Shown in pieces: positions 1 through 7,579 of a stretch of 64,000 nucleotides of DNA. This stretch comes from Spirochaetota bacterium. Its GTDB lineage: Bacteria; Spirochaetota; UBA4802; JAFGDQ01. Position 1 is the first letter of the stretch; each line of letters opens with the position of its first letter. Location: contig JAZDKB010000010.1 in NCBI GenBank assembly GCA_043803405.1, forward strand, positions 1 through 64,000, written 5' to 3'. The translations under genes and the position numbers were made by a program. Under the pieces are notes generated by a model. It saw only the letters and a list, made by a program, of their open reading frames with translations. It had not been told where the DNA came from and made no database searches.

Positions 1-83
1 TTTTCCCCTGATCTATTAATCTGCCCTCCAAATAAACACCGTATCTTTACCCTTATAGACAAAATATCTTCTTAGTCGGGCTT

Positions 84-142
84 CTTGAACATTGGATAGA
101 GTACGATCAAAAAACGATCGTCTCTATCCTTTATTGTTAGGC
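84..142 (-). other. Short, atypical attC-like site (59 bp) ending cassette 3
   Basis: Minus strand GCCTAAC (R'', contains the ORF stop TAA), then hairpin GGATAGAGACGATC / GATCGTACTCTATCC with one bulged base, then GTTCAAG (deviates from GTTRRRY). GCCTAAC is complementary to the GTTAGGC that starts this cassette (913-919). Confidence 0.55.
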
Positions 143-880
143 ACATTTGAAAATGATTAATAAAGCTGCACCGATAATTAGTAAAAAACCTGCTATAGCT
201 ATTAATATACGCAACCAAGTAGCATTGACTTTATTTATAATTACTTGCTTGATAAGATGATAACCAACCATGGTGATTGAGAATGCAAATACGAAATAAA
301 CCAGATTTAAAACAATTTTGTTTATATCCATAATTACTCCCTTACAAGAAAATTCCCTATATGTTAATAATGACCATATTGCATATAACATAACTGATAA
401 GTAAAGCCAATCTAAACCTAAAGAATGTGAAGCAGGTAGGAATGAAAGTTTAAATTTATTTAAAAATTTTGGTTTATCTTTAATTTCTTCTCTTAACTCT
501 TCTGTAAGTTTTTTCGGTAATTTTTCCTGTAATTCTCTCTTCCAAAAACGACAAAAAAGTGGCAATTCTTTTATTTCATCTTTTTCGTTATATCGAATTA
601 ATTTCCAATGTTCTTTTTCAATTTCTATAGCACGTTTCCCCATTTGTGTATATAGAGCTCTATTTCTTCGTTCTATAATATACATTGCAACAGTAATTGC
701 AATAATCAATAAGGCATTTTCTGGCGGCATTTCTTTTTGAACAATAAGACCAAGAGCTGCTAAATAAAAACCAAGTAAGGTAAAACGATGTGAGACAATT
801 GAATTGTGATAATCGATTAGAGAAGAATATTCGGTTCGAAGATTCTCAAAGTCCTGTTTATCTTTTTCGTCCTGATCCAT
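137..880 (-). CDS. Integron cassette ORF, hypothetical multi-TM membrane protein
   Basis: 247 aa with several hydrophobic helices, SD AGGAGG upstream, stop codon inside the R'' box, low GC. Confidence 0.75.
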   Translation of the reverse strand: MDQDEKDKQDFENLRTEYSSLIDYHNSIVSHRFTLLGFYLAALGLIVQKEMPPENALLIIAITVAMYIIERRNRALYTQMGKRAIEIEKEHWKLIRYNEKDEIKELPLFCRFWKRELQEKLPKKLTEELREEIKDKPKFLNKFKLSFLPASHSLGLDWLYLSVMLYAIWSLLTYREFSCKGVIMDINKIVLNLVYFVFAFSITMVGYHLIKQVIINKVNATWLRILIAIAGFLLIIGAALLIIFKCA

Positions 881-912
881 TACGCAACCTCCTTTCCTTG
901 TTTACAAATTCA

Positions 913-1043
913 GCCTAACTAACGGCTAAGCTGTACTGCGGGTACGAGCACCGACTTTGATAACTTATCAATTAGATTTTGACCGCCGACGTCCGACCGC
1001 CGCCAAATAGCCAGCAGTATCAGGCTTGAGCCGATTGTTAGAA
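913..1043 (-). other. attC site (131 bp)
   Basis: Minus strand TTCTAAC...GTTAGGC. Arms CGGCT-C-AAGC-C-TG-A-TACTGC / GCAGTA-CA-GCTT-AGCCG pair with extrahelical bases. Homologous to 1756-1885. Confidence 0.9.
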
Positions 1044-1073
1044 GTCTTGAATTCATATTATAGATGGAAAAAC

Positions 1074-1727
1074 CTATTTGCATTTTTCGATGATTTTTTG
1101 TGCTCTTTTTTGAGTTACCTTCTTTGAATATTCAATATATTCATTTGCGAATTCAGTAACAACTTTCTTTTGAGATGAGTTTAAGAATTCTACTATTTTT
1201 AAAAATCCTTCCAATATCCAATCTTGTTCATTCATTATTACATTATTTGTAGATTCTACTAATAGTTTATATGCTTTTTGTGCATTTTCTTTTGATATCG
1301 TTCCCCAATTTCCTAAATACATATCTATTGCACCAACTAAACATAATTGTCCATTTGTCTTTTCCAGAATATATTTTTTTGCATAAGGTAATGCTTTTTC
1401 AGCAATGGTCGGTTCTATTTTTGAGCAATAGCCAAGCGTCATGAAAATCATCCATTTTGTTTGGGGTTCTTCTGCTTCCAGTGCTGATAAAATTCTTTCC
1501 AGATATGGTGCAACTAAATCTGGTCTTTTTTCTGCGACACATTCTATAATTTTTGCAGCACCGGCTCTAATATGCTTAACTGTAGTTTTTTTTAGTTCAT
1601 AATTTACAAATGGTATAGTATCAGATAATAGTTTATTATTTCCATTTAGGATTTCTTTGGCAATTTCCTTTCCCAACGCACTTGATACTGTTCCTTTGTT
1701 ATTTGCTAACCTATCAAATAATGTCAT
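1074..1727 (-). CDS. Integron cassette ORF, alpha-helical (HEAT/ARM-repeat-like) hypothetical protein
   Basis: 217 aa single ORF between two attC sites; amphipathic helical repeats (RAGAAKIIECVAEKRPDLVAPYLERI). Confidence 0.75.
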   Translation of the reverse strand: MTLFDRLANNKGTVSSALGKEIAKEILNGNNKLLSDTIPFVNYELKKTTVKHIRAGAAKIIECVAEKRPDLVAPYLERILSALEAEEPQTKWMIFMTLGYCSKIEPTIAEKALPYAKKYILEKTNGQLCLVGAIDMYLGNWGTISKENAQKAYKLLVESTNNVIMNEQDWILEGFLKIVEFLNSSQKKVVTEFANEYIEYSKKVTQKRAQKIIEKCK

Positions 1728-1755
1728 GGTTCTTCCTTTTGCACCAAAAACGTCC

Positions 1756-1885
1756 TTCTAACTAAAATTTCAGCTGTGCTTGCGACTGCTGGCACCGACT
1801 TTAAAAGCCAACCGATTAGACTTTGACCTCTCAGCTCCGACCGTCGCCACGAGCGAGCAAGCATCCGCTGCAAATAATGTTAGAT
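1756..1885 (-). other. attC site (130 bp)
   Basis: Minus strand ATCTAAC...GTTAGAA. Shares blocks CTAACTAA, GCACCGACTTT, ATTAGAnTTTGACC and TCCGACCGnCGCCA (plus strand) with 913-1043. Confidence 0.9.
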
Positions 1886-1918
1886 TTTATTAATTTTCCC
1901 GTTATTAACTAATACGAT

Positions 1919-2515
1919 CTATTTGTTATTCCAATCCGAAGAAAAATTAAAATTGGTCACTATTCCATTTTGATCAAGACTAATTATTACGTCTTTACTA
2001 TAAAGTTTTCTGAATAACATTAACCCTTTATATTCGTTGTATACATACTTAAGAAGCTTTCTATCCTTCCCTGCAATAGGATAAATACTGATGCCTGAAG
2101 GCTTCCCTAGAATGTCGATTACTTCTTCCTCTTTAGTTTGTCCTTTCTTTATCTGGTTTAATTTGGTTTCATTAAAGTCAGTGTTATCCTCATTAAAAGA
2201 ACTCATAAATAAATAAGAGATCAGTACATCATTGTAAAAGCTAAATACAATCGTACGTCCTAGTATTTTACCATATAAGTTAGGGGTGCCTCCCGTATAT
2301 GAATATAAAAAATTTATTAAATTTTCATTATTGACCGTTGAAGGTTTTTCTTTATGTGGATTACCAAGCTTTTGCCGGATTTCTTGTATTGTAGTTTTAC
2401 CAAGTATTAAAGAATCATCTGCAGGACGCACAAAATTTGTTCCTGTGGTTACAGTTTTACAACTAAGGCAAATTACCATTGTAATTGCTAGGCTAGTTCC
2501 TTTTAATAATTTCAT
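1919..2515 (-). CDS. Integron cassette lipoprotein with two BamE/SmpA-like repeats
   Basis: SD AAGGAGG favours the ATG at 2515; signal peptide with lipobox-like CLSC; two GkTtxxEv..lGxP repeats. Confidence 0.65.
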   Translation of the reverse strand: MKLLKGTSLAITMVICLSCKTVTTGTNFVRPADDSLILGKTTIQEIRQKLGNPHKEKPSTVNNENLINFLYSYTGGTPNLYGKILGRTIVFSFYNDVLISYLFMSSFNEDNTDFNETKLNQIKKGQTKEEEVIDILGKPSGISIYPIAGKDRKLLKYVYNEYKGLMLFRKLYSKDVIISLDQNGIVTNFNFSSDWNNK

Positions 2516-2612
2516 CACCACAGCCTCCTTCATATATTTAATAGCTTTTACTAATCTCTATTCAATTAACTATTCATTTTATAATAGTGCATTTTTATAA
2601 TCTTCAGAGAAA

Positions 2613-3923
2613 CTAAATCTGTAAAGGCACCAGCGAAAATCCCAACGAAGCTGCCTTTTGTTTAAAATTTCTCAATACACGCTCTTTATACATCTTTTCG
2701 TAATAATCTGCACCTAAATCTTTATATGATTTGCCAGTCTTCATACACATGTAAAACAAACGTGCTATTTTATATGCTGTAGCTGTTATTGCTTTTGGCG
2801 CTCCCATTCTGCTTCGGAGTCTGCGATAAAAAGCTCCAATTGAACTATCACTTCTTCCCGCAGAATAAGCTGCAAGTCTGAATGCTGTCGCTGCTCTGTT
2901 CACTACCTTTTTCGATTTACTGCTTAATATCCGCCCGCCGCTTATTTTACTATTCGGCGATAATCCCAGCCATGATCCAAAATGTTTGTCTGTCGGCCAT
3001 TTATTCATATCAACTCCGACTTCCGATATTATTGTCTCTATGTTATTTATATCAAGACCATCTATTTCTGTAAGATCAACCTTGCATACTGCATGCAGTT
3101 TTGTTCTAATATTTTTCTTGTTGTTCTTATCATTATTCTCATCAGAATTATCATTCGTGTCGCCATTCATCTCATTGATTGTCTTTTCAATCATTTCTTC
3201 GCATTCGCTGATTTTTCGGCTTATGTATTCATACTGGTCAACTTCCTGGCGTAAGCAGAATAATTGTTCTTCCTGATAATTACCTTCGAGTGATTTGGCT
3301 ATTATGTCTGCACTATTTCTTATCCGGGAGCTCTTCAGTTGCGCCAGCTTTAACGGATCTCGTTCACCATCCAATATGCTTCGGATTATTCTCATCCCGG
3401 TAAATCCGGTTATATCTGATATTACTTTATGCAGCTGTATATTCATCTGTATCATGCATTTCTGCATTCTCTGAGTATGTGTTCCTCTGCTTCTTATCAG
3501 GTTTTCCCTGTGCCTTAAATATGTCCTTAATTTGCGTATTACAGGTTCCGGCTGATATGATCCCTGAAGTAAACCGTATGTATGAAGCTGCTGTATCCAT
3601 CGGCTGTCTACAATATCTGTCTTCCTCCCGGATACATTCTTTATGTGCCGGGCATTAACAAGTAATACTTCAAAACCATTCGCTTCCAGTATCTGAAAAA
3701 CAGGTATCCAGTATACTCCGGTGGATTCCATAGCTACTGTCTTTATTCCGCATTCCTTAAGCCACTTTGCCATTCCTTCTATGTCTGCTGTATAACATCC
3801 GAATTTCCGTATGGACTCATCTGTCCTGTCTTCCGGTACTGCTACATAATGAAATTCTGATCCGATATCTATCCCGGCAGCATCTAAATTTATCTGTTTC
3901 AGATCTCCTCTTTCTTTCTTCAT
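2613..3923 (-). CDS. IS110-family DEDD transposase/recombinase
   Basis: GIDIG, AMESTGVYW and KTDIVD give the DEDD tetrad; C-terminal Transposase_20-like GLSPNSKISGG with the conserved Ser. Confidence 0.95.
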   Translation of the reverse strand: MKKERGDLKQINLDAAGIDIGSEFHYVAVPEDRTDESIRKFGCYTADIEGMAKWLKECGIKTVAMESTGVYWIPVFQILEANGFEVLLVNARHIKNVSGRKTDIVDSRWIQQLHTYGLLQGSYQPEPVIRKLRTYLRHRENLIRSRGTHTQRMQKCMIQMNIQLHKVISDITGFTGMRIIRSILDGERDPLKLAQLKSSRIRNSADIIAKSLEGNYQEEQLFCLRQEVDQYEYISRKISECEEMIEKTINEMNGDTNDNSDENNDKNNKKNIRTKLHAVCKVDLTEIDGLDINNIETIISEVGVDMNKWPTDKHFGSWLGLSPNSKISGGRILSSKSKKVVNRAATAFRLAAYSAGRSDSSIGAFYRRLRSRMGAPKAITATAYKIARLFYMCMKTGKSYKDLGADYYEKMYKERVLRNFKQKAASLGFSLVPLQI

Positions 3924-3939
3924 ACTAAGACTTTACCTC

Positions 3940-4175
3940 GCCGATATTATTATTATGAAGTATTCTGATTCAGATTAAGGATAAATGAAATACTCTTCTG
4001 AACGGGATAGCATTATTGCTTCGCCAAATTTTTGTCCTTCTGTCTGAGACTATGCTAACTAACGGGTTCTTGACTCCATAGGTTTTTCAGTCATTTTCAG
4101 AATACTTCACACTTTTTTATCGGCCTGTCTCATCTACGTTTCTCTCATATTTGTCCGGCGGCCGCCGGTGGATTG
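3940..4175 (-). ncRNA. Putative IS110 bridge RNA
   Basis: 13-bp perfect inverted repeat (3956-3968 / 4097-4109) encloses two sub-domains, each with CCCGT followed by a 7-mer ending in AG (TAGTTAG; TCAGAAG). Confidence 0.65.
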
Positions 4176-4230
4176 CTAACACTGCCATATCGTTTATATA
4201 GACAAGTATAAATAACATTTACTTTCTCAA
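4176..4230 (-). other. Candidate attI-like site at the head of the cassette array
   Basis: GTTAG core with no upstream R''/hairpin partner; AT-rich; no further cassettes upstream. Confidence 0.4.
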
Positions 4231-4237
4231 TCAATAA

Positions 4238-4266
4238 TCAATAACTTTCATAATGATATTTGTCAA
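4238..4266 (-). promoter_or_regulatory. Possible cassette promoter (Pc-like)
   Basis: TTGACA-17 bp-TATTGA pointing into the array; weak -10. Confidence 0.3.
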
Positions 4267-4493
4267 TAAAAAACTATCTTCCATATTGGCATCGATTTTA
4301 ATTGTCTTTTGAGAATATCTAAGCAGACCGAGAACAAGAGGTTTAATTGATCTGGAATAGAGTCTTGGCACAACAACTATCAAATTAAAAAAAAAGAATT
4401 AAAAAATACTTATATTATTCCACATTAATTAACAATAATTCGTGATTTCAATTTCTAGATCTATTTGCTTTTCTATAATAATAAACCGGATTT

Positions 4494-5465
4494 TTATCCA
4501 GAATATTGCCCGAATATCTTACAAATTTTTTCTTCGTACCACACCCTGTACGGAAAGAAATCGAAAAAGCCGTTATGACCACCATAAGGCTGAACCAGGC
4601 GCTGTAAATATTTATTGTCTCTAAGGTTATAAACATCCTGAACCGGTATTATGGGATCATCCTCTGAGCTTATAATTGTAACAGGAATATTCAGGTTACT
4701 GAAAACATTATTTAGAAGCGTATATTCTGCATAATAAGCATTTACGGTTTTATATTCTGTATAAAGCGGAACAAAAGTATCCATCATTCCGGTCAAAGAA
4801 TTCATTTCATTTAAACCTTTAAAAGTGTATGTTTCCGGGAATAAAGCCTGTTTTTTAATTAACGATCTCTTCCATTTTTTAATAAAATATTTGCGAATAA
4901 CTGTAATTCTTTCAGTGCTTTCGGTTGATTTCATTGGATCAAGCACAGGGCTAATTGCCGCTACGTGGCGAAGATTTTTAATTTTTTCTTTCCGGTGCTT
5001 AAGCGCAATTCTGAGGGCAAAATTTCCGCCAAGCGAAAATCCGACTAGAAAGAACGGCCTTTTACTGTTCATCGCTGCGACGTTCTTTACTGCGTTAAAT
5101 GTTTCTTCGATCAATGTGGATTTGAAAAGACCTTTATTAAGATGATGTGAATCCCCGTGATCCCGGAGGTTCAGCCTGAAAATATCGAATTTATTTTTAT
5201 AAAGATATTTGGCAGTGCTTACGACGTACGAAGATCGCGAGCTTCCTTCCCATCCGTGAATAAACAAAACTGTTCCCCTGGATGAAGCTCCGGGCTGCTT
5301 TGAGTAATATCCCAGCAGACGTACGCCTTTGCCTCCGTCCACTATTGTTTCCTTCGCGCATCCGGACATGGGATTGCTGCCCATATTCCTCAGCTTTAAG
5401 CTGCCGAATACGCTTTGCAGAATCGGATTGCGAAAAAATATTTTGGGAACAAATTTGTCGTTCAT
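4494..5465 (-). CDS. YheT-like alpha/beta hydrolase
   Basis: HGWEGSS, nucleophile elbow GFSLGG, DDPII, GGHNG. Confidence 0.85.
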   Translation of the reverse strand: MNDKFVPKIFFRNPILQSVFGSLKLRNMGSNPMSGCAKETIVDGGKGVRLLGYYSKQPGASSRGTVLFIHGWEGSSRSSYVVSTAKYLYKNKFDIFRLNLRDHGDSHHLNKGLFKSTLIEETFNAVKNVAAMNSKRPFFLVGFSLGGNFALRIALKHRKEKIKNLRHVAAISPVLDPMKSTESTERITVIRKYFIKKWKRSLIKKQALFPETYTFKGLNEMNSLTGMMDTFVPLYTEYKTVNAYYAEYTLLNNVFSNLNIPVTIISSEDDPIIPVQDVYNLRDNKYLQRLVQPYGGHNGFFDFFPYRVWYEEKICKIFGQYSG

Positions 5466-5583
5466 AGAATTAATCTTTTATCTAAAAAATAAATGATATA
5501 CTTTAAGTTGTTTTATTTCCACAAGTTAAAAAATTAATTCAATAACTATTTTTTCTTAAAATTTACCTTTTACAAAATAAAAT

Positions 5584-5610
5584 AAAAAAAAGGCACGCAG
5601 TGCGTGCCTT
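5584..5610 (-). terminator. Rho-independent terminator
   Basis: AAGGCACGCA-G-TGCGTGCCTT hairpin followed by a T-run on the minus strand, just after the stop at 5643. Confidence 0.75.
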
Positions 5611-5642
5611 AATAAATTATAAAACAGATTTTTTTATTTTTC

Positions 5643-7283
5643 TTAGCTATTTAAAATTTTCTTTGCAGATTCATCCTGGGCGTCGGTAATATAAGTAATA
5701 CCGGTTTCTGCTTCAGTTTCTCTGTTTGCAGACCAAATATCGTTGCGTGAAATCTGATCGAGAGAGAATTTCCTTGCTCCTGCCATTAGCTGCTGTAAAC
5801 CTGCAGCAAGTTTGTCCGCCGCTGTCCATGCTGCGATCGCGCCGTAAGGAATGTTCTTCATTTCGGATGCGCCGACTTTCTTCTGAACATCGTAGTAACC
5901 GGCAAAGATTTCCTCAACTTTCTCACCGTTTTCAAGAACAGTATTCGGCAGTTTATCCCAGTTCCCATTTAAATTTGCTTTTCTGTCCGGATATAGAACG
6001 CCTTCAATGTTTGATCCAAGGAAGCCCGGTATCATAAGAGCTCTGCCCATGCAGACCAGCTTTGTGTAAGGAGCGCCGAGTGCGAGTGCCTTGAATATGT
6101 GGTCCTCTTTTGCAAGTCCGCCTGCGAATGAAAGATCTACAACATTATTGCCTTTTGCGGCAAGAATAGAAGCATATTCATAAGCTTTCGAATGCAGATA
6201 TATTGAAGGAACACCCCACGATCCCATCATGTTCCATGGGCTCATGCCAGTGCCGCCCCCTGAACCGTCGATTGTTAGCAGATCAAGTCCATTATCTGTT
6301 GCAAGTTTTATAGAAAGAGCAAGCGCCTCCATTCCATACGAGCCTGTCTTTAATGTAATTCTCTTATATCCGATCTTTCTTAAATATTTAACAGCTTTTG
6401 TAAACGCATCCATTACAGAATCCGCATTTGAAAGGTTGGTGTATCCTAATCTGCTATGACGGGCAAATGATTTAATAGCACCGTGTTTAAATGCTTCCTG
6501 AACTTCAGGTTTTGTAGGATCCGGATCAACAACATATCCTCTTTTCTTAAGAAACAGTGCATATTCAAGGTCATTAACCTGGATTTCTCCGCCGATATCC
6601 TTTGCTCCCTGTCCCCATTTTAATTCCATGACAACCTTATCGCCGTATTTATCTACGATGTATTCAGCTACGCCGTTTCGTGTGTCTTCCACGTTCATCT
6701 GAACAATAATCGCGCCATATCCGTCAAAATATCGAAGATACGTATCAATTCTGCGGTCCATTTCCGGAGCTTTACTTATTTTTCCGTTTTCGATTATTGC
6801 CTGTTTATCAATACCTGCAACGTTTTCTCCGATAACGATCGGGTAACCAACAAGCGCGGCTCCAATAGAGAATGATTCCCAGTATTTTGCTGCAATGAAA
6901 GTCGAACCAAGCGCCCCGGTCATAATGGGCATTTTAAATTTAGTTTTTTCTTTTCTGCCGAATTCACCTTCCAAATTTACATTCGGGAAGATACAGTCAT
7001 CGGGATCATTCGATAAGCCTTTTGCCAATCCATTCGAACCATATAAATATCCGTTAATTCTTAATGAGTTATATGATACTCCTACATGGGTTGTGTTTGC
7101 GCTTCCTGCCGTAATTGTTCCAAAATCCCGCGGATAAAGCAGTTTTCTGCCTTTCATGCACGAAACCCAGGTTTCACATTTTCCCTGGCAGTCAGCTCTG
7201 CATAATGTACACAGGCCGGACTCGCACGGATTGCCGCGATTTATAGTACCTAATGCATCGTTACTTTTTGCCCATTCAATCAT
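5643..7283 (-). CDS. FMN-binding glutamate synthase family protein (stand-alone FMN barrel, Cys-rich N-terminus)
   Basis: ELKWGQGAK, DGSGGGTG, FAGG..KALALGA; N-terminal CESGLCTLCRADCQGKC; SD GGAG supports the ATG at 7283. Confidence 0.85.
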   Translation of the reverse strand: MIEWAKSNDALGTINRGNPCESGLCTLCRADCQGKCETWVSCMKGRKLLYPRDFGTITAGSANTTHVGVSYNSLRINGYLYGSNGLAKGLSNDPDDCIFPNVNLEGEFGRKEKTKFKMPIMTGALGSTFIAAKYWESFSIGAALVGYPIVIGENVAGIDKQAIIENGKISKAPEMDRRIDTYLRYFDGYGAIIVQMNVEDTRNGVAEYIVDKYGDKVVMELKWGQGAKDIGGEIQVNDLEYALFLKKRGYVVDPDPTKPEVQEAFKHGAIKSFARHSRLGYTNLSNADSVMDAFTKAVKYLRKIGYKRITLKTGSYGMEALALSIKLATDNGLDLLTIDGSGGGTGMSPWNMMGSWGVPSIYLHSKAYEYASILAAKGNNVVDLSFAGGLAKEDHIFKALALGAPYTKLVCMGRALMIPGFLGSNIEGVLYPDRKANLNGNWDKLPNTVLENGEKVEEIFAGYYDVQKKVGASEMKNIPYGAIAAWTAADKLAAGLQQLMAGARKFSLDQISRNDIWSANRETEAETGITYITDAQDESAKKILNS

Positions 7284-7384
7284 TATAATTTCTCCTGTAA
7301 TTTTTATGATAATCATTAAAGTCAATTATGATTTAATGATTATTAAATCCCACTTTACTGACTTAAAACTATATTTAATTGACA

Positions 7385-7428
7385 TAAGTAATACTAAATT
7401 TATATCAAATTTGTTTAGTATTACTAAA
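7385..7428. promoter_or_regulatory. Tandem palindromic operator-like sites
   Basis: Perfect TTTAGTA-T-TACTAAA (7414-7428) and near-copy TAAGTA-A-TACTAAA (7385-7398), downstream of a minus-strand TTGACA (7443-7448). Confidence 0.45.
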
Positions 7429-7579
7429 TAATGTATCCTTAATGTCAACTTAAAAGAAACAATATTGATTTTCAGGCTTAAAAATTTAACATGATTGTAA
7501 CATTTAAATAATAGTAATGGATTTTTTATGCAGAGCTGCTATATTTAAAAGGGCTACAGATTTTCAATGGAGATTTATA

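Larger units (their letters stand above)
2602..4177 (-). mobile_element. IS110-family insertion sequence (~1.57 kb) bounded by a CT/AG core dinucleotide
   Basis: CT at 2602-2603 and 4176-4177; removing the element restores GTTAGATT; no terminal inverted repeats; transposase plus a ~250-bp 5' non-coding end. Confidence 0.85.

Noticed and set aside
913..1885. The two ~130-bp repeats as a CRISPR array
   Set aside because: Too long, divergent and separated by whole ORFs; they fit attC sites.
2602..4177. Assignment to the IS1111-attC group
   Set aside because: No sub-terminal inverted repeats seen; the long non-coding end is upstream of the transposase and the stop lies about 10 bp from the right end.
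4366..4381. Sigma-54 promoter at TGGCAC
   Set aside because: No TTGC at the -12 position (TGGCAC-AACAA-CTATC).
4180..4493. Integron integrase gene or remnant upstream of the array
   Set aside because: No ORF or tyrosine-recombinase motif recognisable in this ~300-bp gap.
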